A DNA stretch of 64,000 bases from Candidatus Methylomirabilia bacterium. GTDB taxonomy: Bacteria; Methylomirabilota; Methylomirabilia; Rokubacteriales; CSP1-6. Below, in pieces: positions 1 through 9,244 of this stretch (position 1 is its first letter; every line of letters starts with the position of its first letter). The DNA lies in contig JBGQEL010000007.1 in the NCBI GenBank assembly GCA_041496385.1, positions 7,570 through 71,569 on the forward strand, written 5' to 3'. Under the pieces are notes generated by a model, which saw nothing but the letters and a program-made list of their open reading frames with translations, was not told the DNA's origin and did not search any database. The translations under genes and the position numbers were made by a program.

Positions 1-1
1 G

Positions 2-631
2 AACCTGATGGGGATCCAGGCCGACCTCCTCGGCGCCCACGCGCTCGACGTCCGCAACATCCTCGCGATGACGGGTGATCCGCCGCGCGCGGGCGACTAC
101 GTGGACGCGACGGCGGTCTTCGACGTGGACGGGGTCGGCCTCATCGAGATCCTTCGCCGGATGAACGAGGGGCTCGACGCGACGGGCTCGTCGGTCGGCG
201 AGCCGATGTCGTTCTTCGTGGGCGCGGCGCTGAACCCGGCGGCGGCCGAGCCCGAGCGGGAGATCGAGCGGCTCCACCGGAAGGTCCAGGCGGGCGCGCG
301 CTGGTTCCAGACGCAGCCCGTCTACGACCTCGACGCGCTCGACCGCTTCCTCGAACGCGCGGGAGGCTCGCCGGTGCCCGTGCTGGTCGGGCTCCTGCCG
401 CTCCACAGCTTCCGCCACGCGGAATTCCTGCACAACGAGGTGCCGGGGATCTCGATCCCCGCGCCCGTTCGCCAGCGCTTGAAAGACGCGGGTGACGGCG
501 CGCTCCGCGTCGGGATCGAGATGGCCCAGGAGCTCGTGCGCGAGACCCGGCGGCGCTACGCGGGCGCCTACCTCATGCCCTCGTTCGGGCGCTTCGAGGT
601 CGTCGCCGAGGTCCTCGATGCCCTTCGCTGA
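2..631 (+). CDS. metF: methylenetetrahydrofolate reductase, C-terminal part; 5' end lies outside the window
   Basis: ORF 8..631 is open to the window start. The translation has a MetF-type TIM-barrel C-terminal region (LDATGSSVGEPMSFFVGAALNP ... FQTQPVYDLDALDRFL ... LLPLHSFRHAEFLHNEVPGISIP). Confidence 0.75.
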   Translation, partial: NLMGIQADLLGAHALDVRNILAMTGDPPRAGDYVDATAVFDVDGVGLIEILRRMNEGLDATGSSVGEPMSFFVGAALNPAAAEPEREIERLHRKVQAGARWFQTQPVYDLDALDRFLERAGGSPVPVLVGLLPLHSFRHAEFLHNEVPGISIPAPVRQRLKDAGDGALRVGIEMAQELVRETRRRYAGAYLMPSFGRFEVVAEVLDALR

Positions 632-1913
632 CCTCGGCGCGCGTGAGGCGGCCGAGCAGATCCGGGCCGGCGCGCTGAGCCCGGTGGCGCTGGTCGAGGC
701 CTGCCTCGAACGCCTCCGAGCGCTCGAGGGGCGCGTCGCGGCGTGGGCGCACGTGGACGAGCCGGCCGCCCTCGCCGCGGCGCGGGAGCTCGAGGGCGAG
801 GCGCGCATCGGCCGCCTGCGGGGCCCGCTTCACGGCGTGCCCGTCGGGATCAAGGACATCTTCCACGTCGCCGGCATGCCGACGACCGCCGGGGCGAAGG
901 CGTTCGCCCACAGCCGGCCGGCGCACGATGCCGCGGCGGTCGGGCTCCTGCGCGCCGCGGGCGCGATCATTCTCGGCAAGACGCACACGACCCAGTTCGC
1001 GTACCGTGACCCGGCTCCGACCAGGAACCCGTGGAAGGACGGCGCGACGCCCGGCGGGTCGTCCGCCGGTTCCGCGGCCGCCGTCGCGGCGCGGATGGTC
1101 CCGCTGGCGCTCGGCTCCCAGACCGTCGGTTCGGTGCTGCGCCCGGCGGCGTACTGTGGGGTCGTGGGTCTGAAGCCGACCCATGGCCTGATCCCCGTCA
1201 CGGGCGTGATCCCGCTCGCGTGGTCCTGCGACCACGTCGGGGTCTTCGGCCGCTCGGTCGCCGACGCCGCGCTCGCGCTGGCGGTCCTCGCGCGCCGGAA
1301 CCTCGAGCCCGAGCCTGTGCGCCCGCCGCACTTGGCGCTCGCGCCCGAGCTGCTCGACCGCGCCTCGCCCGAGGTCGCCGCCCACGTACGGGCGGCCGCC
1401 GAGCTGTTCGCGCGCGCCGGGGCGCGCCTGAGCGAGGTGAAGCTCCCCACGTCGTTCGGCGAGCTCCACGCCGCCGGGCTCGTCCTGGTCGAGTCGGAGG
1501 CGGCCGCCTATCACGCGCGCGACTTCGCCAAGCACGCGGGCGACTACGGTCCCGAGATCCGAAAGGGGATCGAATCGGGCCTCCGGCATTCCGCGACCGC
1601 GTACCTCGCCGCCCACCGGCTGCGCCTCGCCTTCCGCGACGAGGTGATGCCTCTGCTCGGCGCCCACGATGGGCTGCTTTCGCCGACGGCGCCCGCGCCC
1701 GCGCCCGACATCGCGACGACGGGCGACAGTTGGCACTGCGCGCCGTGGAGCTACGCGGGGACGCCGTCCCTCTCGCTGCCGAGCGGGCTCGCGCCGTCGG
1801 GCCTGCCGCTGGCGATCCAGCTCGTCCAGGCCGCGGGCGCGGAGGCGCGCCTCCTCGCGGCGGCCGCCTGGTGCGAGCGCGCGCTCGCGTTCGCCCACGC
1901 CCCGAGGCTCTGA
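618..1913 (+). CDS. amidase (amidase-signature family, GatA-like)
   Basis: ATG at 618 is in frame with ORF 492..1913 and overlaps the metF 3' end. The product carries the amidase signature GGSSAGSAAAVAARMVPLALGSQTVGSVLRPAAYCGVVGLKPTHG and is about 431 aa. Confidence 0.8.
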   Translation: MPFADLGAREAAEQIRAGALSPVALVEACLERLRALEGRVAAWAHVDEPAALAAARELEGEARIGRLRGPLHGVPVGIKDIFHVAGMPTTAGAKAFAHSRPAHDAAAVGLLRAAGAIILGKTHTTQFAYRDPAPTRNPWKDGATPGGSSAGSAAAVAARMVPLALGSQTVGSVLRPAAYCGVVGLKPTHGLIPVTGVIPLAWSCDHVGVFGRSVADAALALAVLARRNLEPEPVRPPHLALAPELLDRASPEVAAHVRAAAELFARAGARLSEVKLPTSFGELHAAGLVLVESEAAAYHARDFAKHAGDYGPEIRKGIESGLRHSATAYLAAHRLRLAFRDEVMPLLGAHDGLLSPTAPAPAPDIATTGDSWHCAPWSYAGTPSLSLPSGLAPSGLPLAIQLVQAAGAEARLLAAAAWCERALAFAHAPRL

Positions 1914-1914
1914 C

Positions 1915-3510
1915 GTGCTCGACCTCAAGATCGAGGGCGCGACGGTCATCGACGGCACCGGCGTGGCGGGCGGCCGCATGGACGTCGGCGTGCGCGACGA
2001 CTCGATCGCCGCCCTCGGCGACCTCTCGCGCGAGTCGGCCGGCTCGACGCTGCGCGCCTCGGGCCGCGTGGTGGCGCCCGGTTTCATCGACATGCACTCG
2101 CACTCCGACTGGCGGCTCTGGGAGAACCGGCGCGCCGAGTCGAAGATCCGCCAGGGCGTGACGACGGAGGTCGTCGGCAACTGCGGCTTCTCTCCCGCGC
2201 CCGCCTCGACGGAGCACCTCGATGCGCTACGCGGCTTCGCGCTCCACGTTCCGGCGGGCATGGACTTCGGCTGGCGCTCGGTCGGCGACTACCTCCGGGC
2301 GTTCGACCGCGAGGGCACCGCGCTCAACGTCGCGCAGCTCGTCGGGCACGGCACGCTCCGCGTCGCGGCCATGGGCTTCGCGCGGCGGGCGCCCGACGCC
2401 AAGGAGCTGTCGCGCATGCAGCGGCTGCTCGCCGACGCGATGGAGGACGGCGCCTGGGGGCTCTCCACCGGGCTCATCTACGCGCCCGGCTCCTACGCGG
2501 CGACGGAGGAGGTCGTCGAGCTCGCGCGCGTCGCCGCGCGCCACCGCGGCTTCTACGCGAGCCACATCCGCGGCGAGGGCGCCACGCTGCTCGACGCGGT
2601 CGGCGAGGCGATCCGGATCGGGCGGGACGCGGACCTCCCCGTGCAGGTGAGCCACGTGAAGGCCGCGGGCCGGCCCAACTGGGGCAAGGTCGCCGACGCC
2701 CTCGCGCTCATCGACGCGGCGCGCGCCGAGGGCCAGGACGTCATGGCCGACGTCTATCCCTACACGGCGTCGAGCACGACGGTGCGCACGCTGCTGCCCG
2801 ACTGGGCCCTCGAGGGCGGCGTGGACGCGATGCTCGCGCGGCTCGCGGACCCGGCGACGCGCCGGCGGATCCGCGGCGAGCTCGAGGCGCCGGCGACGGG
2901 CCAGAGCCTGGTCGACCGGATCGGCTGGGAGAACATCATGATGGCCTCCTGCGTCCGGCGGCGCGATGCCGAGGGCAAGCGTCTGTCGGAGATCGCGGCG
3001 GCGCGGTGCCTCGCCCCGCTCGACGCCGCGCTCGAGCTGATCGTGGACGAGGCGGGCCGGGCGTACGTGATCCTCTTCCAGCTCGACGAGCGCGACCTGC
3101 GCCGCGCGCTCGCCCACCCCGCGGTGATGATCGGCTCCGACGGCTCGGCCCTGGCGCCCTACGGCGCGCTCGGCGCGGGCAAGCCGCACCCGCGGAGCTA
3201 CGGCACCTTCCCGCGCGTGCTCGGCGAATACGCGCGGGAGCAGCGGGTGCTCGGGCTCGCCGAGGCGGTCCACAAGATGACGGGGCTGCCGGCGCGGCGG
3301 CTGGGGCTCCGCGACCGCGGGGTCGTCCGGGTGGGCGCCAAGGCCGACCTGGTCGTCTTCGATCCCAAGCGCGTCACCGACCAGGCGACCTACGAGGAGC
3401 CGCACCGGTACCCGGTGGGGATCGAGCACGTCATCGTCAACGGCCGGTTCGTCATCAAGGACGCCGTGCACACCGGCAGCCTGCCCGGCCGACTGCTGAC
3501 GCCACCGTGA
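1915..3510 (+). CDS. N-acyl-D-amino-acid deacylase (D-aminoacylase) family amidohydrolase
   Basis: GTG at 1915 lies 1 nt after the amidase stop and is in frame with ORF 1669..3510. The product has a metal-dependent amidohydrolase signature (GFIDMHSHSDW ... VQVSHVKAAG ... DVYPYTASSTT ... VMIGSDGSA) and is about 531 aa. The upstream Arg-rich part of the ORF is rejected as an artefact. Confidence 0.8.
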   Translation: MLDLKIEGATVIDGTGVAGGRMDVGVRDDSIAALGDLSRESAGSTLRASGRVVAPGFIDMHSHSDWRLWENRRAESKIRQGVTTEVVGNCGFSPAPASTEHLDALRGFALHVPAGMDFGWRSVGDYLRAFDREGTALNVAQLVGHGTLRVAAMGFARRAPDAKELSRMQRLLADAMEDGAWGLSTGLIYAPGSYAATEEVVELARVAARHRGFYASHIRGEGATLLDAVGEAIRIGRDADLPVQVSHVKAAGRPNWGKVADALALIDAARAEGQDVMADVYPYTASSTTVRTLLPDWALEGGVDAMLARLADPATRRRIRGELEAPATGQSLVDRIGWENIMMASCVRRRDAEGKRLSEIAAARCLAPLDAALELIVDEAGRAYVILFQLDERDLRRALAHPAVMIGSDGSALAPYGALGAGKPHPRSYGTFPRVLGEYAREQRVLGLAEAVHKMTGLPARRLGLRDRGVVRVGAKADLVVFDPKRVTDQATYEEPHRYPVGIEHVIVNGRFVIKDAVHTGSLPGRLLTPP

Positions 3511-6500
3511 AGATCGGACGTGTCTTCCCCGATCTCCTGACGCCGCTCTCGACCGCGGCCTCGGTCGAGCAGGGTCTCGCGCGCACCCTCGCCCGCCTCG
3601 TCCACCTGACCGGCGCCGACGCCGGAGCGCTCGCGTTCAGCCCCGACCGCGCCGAGCCCATCGTCGTCACGGCGGGCGCGCGGCGCCTTCCCGCCGCGCT
3701 CCGCGCGTGGCTGACGGCCGCGAGCAGGACGCCGGTGCGCGGTGTGCGAGTCGCGCGGGTCATGCCGCCGGGCTGGCCACGCGGCGGCGGCGCGACGCTG
3801 CTCTCGGCGCCTCTGGGCCCGCCGGGCCGCGCGGCGAGCGCGCTCCTCCTGCTCGGCCGGCCCGGCCGGCTCACGCGCGCCGCGCTCCCCGCGGGCTTTC
3901 CGCGCGAGCTCGGCGAGGCGATCGCGCGCGTCTGGGAGCTCCACCGGCGGACCCTCCGCATGGCGGTCCTGAACGAGATCTCGGCGTTCCTCGTCTCGGG
4001 TGACGCGCTCGACGACGTGTTCCGCGCCTTCGTCGAGGGCGCCGCGAAGCTCCTGCGGTTCGACTCCATCGCCGTCTCGCTGCTCGACGCCGAGCGTGGC
4101 GAGTTCGAGATCGTGGACGTGGCCGCCCGCGGCCTGCCGCTCGGCGGCCGGCGCGACGGCCGGATGCCGCTCGCCGACACGCTGCTCGCCGACGTCGTGG
4201 CGCGGGGCGCGCCCCTGCGCGTGGACGATGCCGAGCGCGACACCCTGCCCGCGGCGAGCCGGCGCGTGCTCTCGGCGCACGGCTACAGGGCGGCGCTGCT
4301 CGCCCCGCTGGCGGCGGGCGGCGGCGTCTTCGGCGCGGTGACGCTCGCCGCGGTGCGCCCCGGCGCCTTCGACGACGCGGACGCGGAGATCCTCGCCGAG
4401 CTGGTGCGCCCCCTCGCCTCGGCGATCGAGCGGCGCCGCCTCAACGAGGAGGGGCGGCGCCGGACCGAGGAGCTCGAGGCGCTCTACGCGACGAGCCAGC
4501 TCATCACGGCGCGGCTCGACGTGGCGTCGGTGCTCGACCGGATCAGCCGCTCGGTCACGGCGCTCATCGGCAGCACCGGCTGCGGCATCGGCCTGCTCGA
4601 TCGCGAACGGGCGCAGCTCACGCACGTGGCCGCGCACGGTTTCCGGAGCGAGGAGTGGCGCGCGCTCTCGCTGCCGGTCGGTGAGGGAATCATGGGCCGG
4701 GCCGCGCAGAGCGGCGCCGCGATCCGCGTCGACGACGTGCGGACCGATCCGCGCTCGGCCCGCCGCGACGTGGACGAGCGCGAGGAGATCCGCTCGATGC
4801 TCTGCGTGCCGCTCAAAGTGGGCGGCGGGGTCATCGGGGCGATCTCGGCCTTCTCGCGGCGGCCCGGCGCCTTCACGGCGCACCACCAGCGCATCCTCGA
4901 GGCGTTCGGCGAGCAGGCGGGCATCGCGATCCACAACGCGCAGCTGTTCGAGGAGAGCGTGCACCGCGCGCGGGAGACGCGTGCGCTCCTCGAGGCCGGC
5001 CGGGCGGTCACCGCCAGCCTCGACGTGGACCGGACGATCCGGGTGATCCTCGACGCGGCGCGCGGCGTGCTCGGTGTAGACTCGTGCGGGCTCGCCACGC
5101 TCGATCCGGAGACGAACGAGCTCGTCTCGGTGGCGAGCCTCGACCTGCCGCCCGCGCTGGCCAAGGAGATCCGGCTGAAGGTCGGCGAGGGGATCGGAGG
5201 CCGCGCCGTGAGCGAGCGGAGGCCGGTGCAGAGTCGCGACCTGTACGACGACCCGCGCGCCCGCTATCCGCATCTCGCGCGCGCGACCGGGTTCCGCTCG
5301 ATGCTCGCCGCGCCGCTCCGCGTCGGCGAGCGCGCGATCGGCGCGATCAGCGTCTTCCGTCGTGACGTCCACGAGTTCTCGGCCGCCGAGGAGGAGCTCC
5401 TGCTGGCGCTCGCCGACCAGGCGGCGATCGCGCTCGAGCACGCCCGGCTCTACACGGAGCTGGAGGCGATGGTCGCCGAGCGGACCCGGGAGCTCGACAC
5501 CCAGAAGCGGTTCGTCGAGGTCGTGCTCGAGACGCTGCCGCTCGGCGTGTTCGTGCTCGACGCCGGGCTTCGCGTCGTCCGGGCGAACCGCGAGGGCGCC
5601 CGCGCGCTCGGCGGCGCGCCCGACGCGCACGTCCCCTTCGCCCTGCTCCTGGGCCGGGACCGCGCGTCCGCCGTCGAGGACTTTCTCCGCCAGGCCTTCG
5701 CCACGCGGCAGGGGAGCGTGATGGAGCAGGAGGCCGCGATCGCCGGCGAGACCAAGATCTTCAGGCTGACCACGGCGCCCTTCGAGTCGGCCGACGCGGA
5801 CGTCGCCCACGCGGTCGTGCTCGTCGAGGACGTCACGCGCGCGAAGCGTCTCGAGCGCCAGATGCTGATGACGGAGCGTCTGACGACGGCGGGCCGGCTC
5901 GCGGCGGGCGTCGCGCACGAGCTGAACAACCCGCTCGCCACGATCGCCGGCTGCGCCGAGTCGCTCCAGAGCCGGGTCCGCGAGGCGGAGCTGGCGAAGA
6001 CGCCCGAGCTGGCCGACTTCCCGCACTACTTGCGCCTCATCGAGGAGGAGGCGTTCCGCTGCAAGGAGATCACCGGGAGCCTCCTCCAGTTCGTCCGCGA
6101 CCCCGGGAGTCGTCGCGCCCCGACCGACCTCGGCGCCCTCGTCCAGAAGGCGCTCGAGCTGCTCTCGCATCAGTCGCGCTTCGCCGAGAGCCGTATCGTG
6201 ACCGAGCTCGATGGGGCGCTCCCGCTCGTGGCGGTGAACGAGGGCCAGCTACGCCAGGTCTTCATCGGCATCGCCGCGAACGCGCTCGAAGCCATGGAGG
6301 GACGCGGCACGCTGACCCTGCGCTCCCGCGTCCATCGCGGCGAGGTCGAGGTCGAGTTCGAGGACGAGGGGCCGGGGATCCCCGACGAGATCCTGCCGCG
6401 CATCTTCGACCCGTTCTATACGACCAAGCCGCCCGGCCAGGGGACGGGACTCGGCCTCGCCATCGCGCAGGGGATCGTGGCCGACCACGGCGGCCGGATC

Positions 6501-6557
6501 GAGGTCACCTCGCGCCCCGCCAAGGGGAGCGTCTTCCGCGTGGTGCTGCCCCTGTGA
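3507..6557 (+). CDS. sensor histidine kinase with three GAF domains, one PAS, HisKA and HATPase
   Basis: GTG at 3507 forms a GTGA overlap with the previous stop. Three GAF-like blocks are followed by a PAS block (RFVEVVLETLPLGVFVLDAG...), an H-box (AAGVAHELNNPLATI) and an ATPase G-box (GTGLGLAIAQGIVADHGGRIEV). About 1016 aa. Confidence 0.85.
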   Translation: MKIGRVFPDLLTPLSTAASVEQGLARTLARLVHLTGADAGALAFSPDRAEPIVVTAGARRLPAALRAWLTAASRTPVRGVRVARVMPPGWPRGGGATLLSAPLGPPGRAASALLLLGRPGRLTRAALPAGFPRELGEAIARVWELHRRTLRMAVLNEISAFLVSGDALDDVFRAFVEGAAKLLRFDSIAVSLLDAERGEFEIVDVAARGLPLGGRRDGRMPLADTLLADVVARGAPLRVDDAERDTLPAASRRVLSAHGYRAALLAPLAAGGGVFGAVTLAAVRPGAFDDADAEILAELVRPLASAIERRRLNEEGRRRTEELEALYATSQLITARLDVASVLDRISRSVTALIGSTGCGIGLLDRERAQLTHVAAHGFRSEEWRALSLPVGEGIMGRAAQSGAAIRVDDVRTDPRSARRDVDEREEIRSMLCVPLKVGGGVIGAISAFSRRPGAFTAHHQRILEAFGEQAGIAIHNAQLFEESVHRARETRALLEAGRAVTASLDVDRTIRVILDAARGVLGVDSCGLATLDPETNELVSVASLDLPPALAKEIRLKVGEGIGGRAVSERRPVQSRDLYDDPRARYPHLARATGFRSMLAAPLRVGERAIGAISVFRRDVHEFSAAEEELLLALADQAAIALEHARLYTELEAMVAERTRELDTQKRFVEVVLETLPLGVFVLDAGLRVVRANREGARALGGAPDAHVPFALLLGRDRASAVEDFLRQAFATRQGSVMEQEAAIAGETKIFRLTTAPFESADADVAHAVVLVEDVTRAKRLERQMLMTERLTTAGRLAAGVAHELNNPLATIAGCAESLQSRVREAELAKTPELADFPHYLRLIEEEAFRCKEITGSLLQFVRDPGSRRAPTDLGALVQKALELLSHQSRFAESRIVTELDGALPLVAVNEGQLRQVFIGIAANALEAMEGRGTLTLRSRVHRGEVEVEFEDEGPGIPDEILPRIFDPFYTTKPPGQGTGLGLAIAQGIVADHGGRIEVTSRPAKGSVFRVVLPL

Positions 6558-7906
6558 GCCGGCGGATCCGCGTCCTGGTCGCCGACGACGAGCGCAACCT
6601 GCGCGAGCTCATGATCCGCGAGCTCGGGCGCAAGGGGCACGAGGTCGAGGGCGCCGGCGACGGCGCGGCCGCGCTCGCGCGCCTCCAGGAGGCGTCCTAC
6701 GACGTCGTGGTCCTCGACATGAAGATGCCGAAGAAGGAGGGGATCGAGGTCCTCCGCGAGCTCCAGGCGCTCTCCGATCCGCCGCAGGTGATCGTGATGA
6801 CGGGCTTCCAGGAGGTCGGGACGGCGGTCGAGGCGATGAAGCTCGGCGCCTACGACTACCTCACCAAGCCCACGAAGATCGAGGAGCTCGACATCGTCAT
6901 CCGCAAGGCGGCGGAGAAGGGACAGCTCCTCCGCGACAACGAGGCGCTGCGCGCCCACGCTCCCGGCGGCGAGCCGGCGGGCGGCATCCTGACCCGCAGC
7001 CCCGCCATGCTGGAGGTGCTGCGCATCGTCGATCGCGTGGCGCCGACGGACTCGGCCGTGCTGATCCTCGGCGAGAGCGGTACCGGCAAGGAGCTCATCG
7101 CGCGCGGCATCCACGAGCGCTCGCAGCGGTTGGGCCGCCCCTTCGTGCCGATCCACTGCGGCGCCCTGCCGCACGAGGTCTTCGAGTCGGAGCTGTTCGG
7201 CCACGAGAAGGGGGCCTTCACGGGCGCCGTCGGCGCCAAGCCCGGCCTGGTCGAGCTCGCCGACGGTGGCACCCTCTTCCTCGACGAGATCGGCGAGATG
7301 GAGCCGGACAGCCAGGTGAAGCTCCTGCGCGCGCTCGAGACCGGGACCTTCTTCCGCGTCGGGGGGACGCGGCCGCGGCGCGTGGACGTGCGGCTCGTCG
7401 CCGCGACCAACCGCGACCTCGCCGAGGCGATGCGGACGGGCGGGTTCCGCCAGGATCTCTATTACCGGATCAACACGATCGCCCTCAAGCTTCCGCCGCT
7501 GCGCGAGCGTCGCGAGGACATTGTGCTCCTGGCGACACACTTCGTTGGCACCCAAGCCGCCTATGGCGTGAAGCGTCTGTCCCCCGCGACCCTCGCGGCG
7601 CTCGAGAGCTACGACTGGCCGGGCAACGTGCGCGAGCTGCTTCACGCGATCGAGCGCGCTGCGATCCTCACGAAGGGCGACGAGATCCAGCCCGACGACC
7701 TCCCCCCCGAGGTGGGCGGCGCGCCACGCGCGCCCGCGTCGACGTCCGGCGGAAGTCTCGAGCAGATGGAGCGCCAGCACATCGTCGCCACGCTCCGTCA
7801 GGTCGGCGGCCATCGCGGCAAGGCCGCCGCCCTGCTCGCGATCGATCCCAAGACCCTCTACCGCAAGATCCTGGCCTACAGCATCGTGCCGGACGAGTTC
7901 CGCTGA
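6554..7906 (+). CDS. sigma-54-dependent response regulator (NtrC family: REC, AAA+ and HTH)
   Basis: GTGA overlap with the kinase stop. REC motif VLVADDE...VVVLDMKMP. AAA+ Walker A GESGTGKE. GAFTGA motif ESELFGHEKGAFTGA. C-terminal Fis-type HTH. Confidence 0.9.
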   Translation: MSRRIRVLVADDERNLRELMIRELGRKGHEVEGAGDGAAALARLQEASYDVVVLDMKMPKKEGIEVLRELQALSDPPQVIVMTGFQEVGTAVEAMKLGAYDYLTKPTKIEELDIVIRKAAEKGQLLRDNEALRAHAPGGEPAGGILTRSPAMLEVLRIVDRVAPTDSAVLILGESGTGKELIARGIHERSQRLGRPFVPIHCGALPHEVFESELFGHEKGAFTGAVGAKPGLVELADGGTLFLDEIGEMEPDSQVKLLRALETGTFFRVGGTRPRRVDVRLVAATNRDLAEAMRTGGFRQDLYYRINTIALKLPPLRERREDIVLLATHFVGTQAAYGVKRLSPATLAALESYDWPGNVRELLHAIERAAILTKGDEIQPDDLPPEVGGAPRAPASTSGGSLEQMERQHIVATLRQVGGHRGKAAALLAIDPKTLYRKILAYSIVPDEFR

Positions 7907-8082
7907 CTCCGACGCGCGCGCGGGCGCGATCGGCCTGACCGCCGGCCTGGAGCGCGGGTCGCGTGAGGCTCGGGCGGGACCCCCGATCGATCGGGTGTTC
8001 TGCCTGAGCCTTCCATGCCTCCCCCCAGCGACTCGCGAGCGCGACGACCGAAGAATCAGGACGTTGGTCGTGGCCGGGGCCT

Positions 8083-8098
8083 CTGGCACTTCGCTTGC
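8083..8098 (+). promoter_or_regulatory. sigma-54 (-24/-12) promoter TGGCAC-N5-TTGC
   Basis: tggcacttcgcttgcc matches the consensus TGGCAC N5 TTGC exactly. It lies about 50 nt upstream of the ATG at 8149 and downstream of the NtrC-family regulator gene. Confidence 0.6.
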
Positions 8099-8148
8099 CC
8101 TGTATTCCTTCGACGGTCTGTGCCGAACCATCAATCGAAGGAGTGCTC

Positions 8149-8517
8149 ATGGATCCCGTGCTCGTGATCGATCAGGACCGCGCCGCGATGCAGGACCTCG
8201 GCCTCGGCTGCCTCGCGCAGGGCGTCGGTGTCGCGCTGGCCGAAAACCTCTGCGAAGGCGTCCGCGTCCTGCTTTCGGCGACCGTCTCGATCATCGCCGT
8301 GGACGCGGCGCTCCTCAGGCTGACGCCCCGGGAGCACGCCACGCTGTTCGAGCGCGTCGCGCCGGGCGTCCCCGTCGTGGTCATCGTCCGCCCTGACGCC
8401 GCGCTCGACACCCGCGTGGCGTTCGAGCTCGCCGGGTTCCGGGTGCTGCCCCGTCCGGTCGATGCCCGCGACCTGATCGAAAAGACCGCGGCGCTCGCCC
8501 AGGACAGGCACCGGTGA
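8149..8517 (+). CDS. small receiver(REC)-like single-domain protein
   Basis: ATG follows an AAGGAG RBS. The 122-aa product has CheY-like layout (VLVIDQD ... IIAVDAALL ... PVVVIVRPD ... AFELAGFRVLPRPVDARDL). The acidic pocket is partly degenerate (DQD). It sits downstream of the sigma-54 promoter. Confidence 0.5.
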   Translation: MDPVLVIDQDRAAMQDLGLGCLAQGVGVALAENLCEGVRVLLSATVSIIAVDAALLRLTPREHATLFERVAPGVPVVVIVRPDAALDTRVAFELAGFRVLPRPVDARDLIEKTAALAQDRHR

Positions 8518-8726
8518 CAGCCCGACTTCTGGCGAAGGGGGCCGTGGCGTTCGCCGCCGCGCTCATCCTCGCCGGGATGATCGAGCTCTCGTCCGTGACC
8601 GCCGAGCGTCGGGCCGCGCGCGCGGCCCGGCACCTGCTCTTCGCCGACACGGTCGAGGCGGATCTGGCGATCGGGTCCGAGACGGATTCGCCCGAGCCCG
8701 CCGAGGTGCCGACGCTGACGCGCTGA
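8514..8726 (+). CDS. hypothetical small membrane protein (one predicted TM helix)
   Basis: GTG overlaps the previous stop (GTGA). A hydrophobic segment AVAFAAALILAGMIEL is followed by an acidic tail. 70 aa. Supported only by coupling and hydrophobicity. Confidence 0.35.
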   Translation: MTARLLAKGAVAFAAALILAGMIELSSVTAERRAARAARHLLFADTVEADLAIGSETDSPEPAEVPTLTR

Positions 8727-8869
8727 GCGCGCGGCTCGCTTGCGTGGGCCGACCGCCCGTGTACACTGTGTCGTGTCGGCCGGATTGACCGGACCTCGCC
8801 TCCGACGCAACGTCTCTTCCGGTTCGCGGGGCGTGTACGACAGCGGAAGATCAGTCTAGGGGGTTCACC

Positions 8870-9244
8870 ATGGCGTCCAAACTGTACATCGGCGGTCTCG
8901 CGTACTCGACAACGAGCGATGGACTTCGTGAGTTCTTCACCCAGTGCGGCAACGTGCTCTCCGCGACGGTGATCACGGATCGGTTCTCGGGGCAGTCACG
9001 GGGGTTCGGTTTCGTGGAGATGGCCACGGCCGAGGAGGCGCAGAACGCCATCTCCCAGCTCAACGGCCGCGAGCTCGACGGGCGGCGCATCACGGTCGAG
9101 ATCTCGAACCCGCAGGCGCCCCGGTCGGGCGGCGGTCCGCGCCCCGGTGGTGGGGGGGGCAGGCCGGGTGGCGGCGGGCGTGGTCCGGGTGGTGGCCGCG
9201 AGAGCGGCTACGCTCACCGGCCCTCGAAGCCGGTGAAGTGGTAG
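8870..9244 (+). CDS. RNA-binding protein with an RRM domain and a Gly-rich tail
   Basis: RNP-2 motif LYIGGL and RNP-1 motif RGFGFVEM. C-terminal GGGRPGGGGRGPGGGR low-complexity tail. 124 aa. Confidence 0.9.
   Translation: MASKLYIGGLAYSTTSDGLREFFTQCGNVLSATVITDRFSGQSRGFGFVEMATAEEAQNAISQLNGRELDGRRITVEISNPQAPRSGGGPRPGGGGGRPGGGGRGPGGGRESGYAHRPSKPVKW

Noticed and set aside
1669-1914. N-terminal extensions of several ORF-track entries: 1669 for the D-aminoacylase, 3006 for the GAF kinase, 25658 for the second M16 subunit, 33279 for the Gfo/Idh/MocA gene, 53241 for the bicupin, 55493..56641 and 56562..57761 for the GGDEF paralogs, 50165 for the acyl-CoA ligase, 51064 for the amidohydrolase.
   Set aside because: Each extension overlaps the upstream gene in another frame, is compositionally biased, and is bypassed by an in-frame ATG or GTG with an RBS or a 4-nt overlap coupling to the upstream stop.
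573-2261. Long antisense and overlapping ORFs throughout the window (for example 573..2261 -, 3390..6170 -, 9570..10889 +, 9967..11802 -, 12984..14546 -, 14697..17591 -, 20268..21311 -, 23701..24627 -, 25895..27469 -, 27217..28740 -, 39985..40641 -, 45436..47313 +, 48480..50111 +, 52340..54808 +, 60191..61801 +).
   Set aside because: Their translations are Arg/Ala/Gly/Pro-rich low-complexity strings, typical of stop-codon-poor alternative frames in 70% GC DNA. They overlap ORFs that have clear domain signatures, RBSs and operon coupling.
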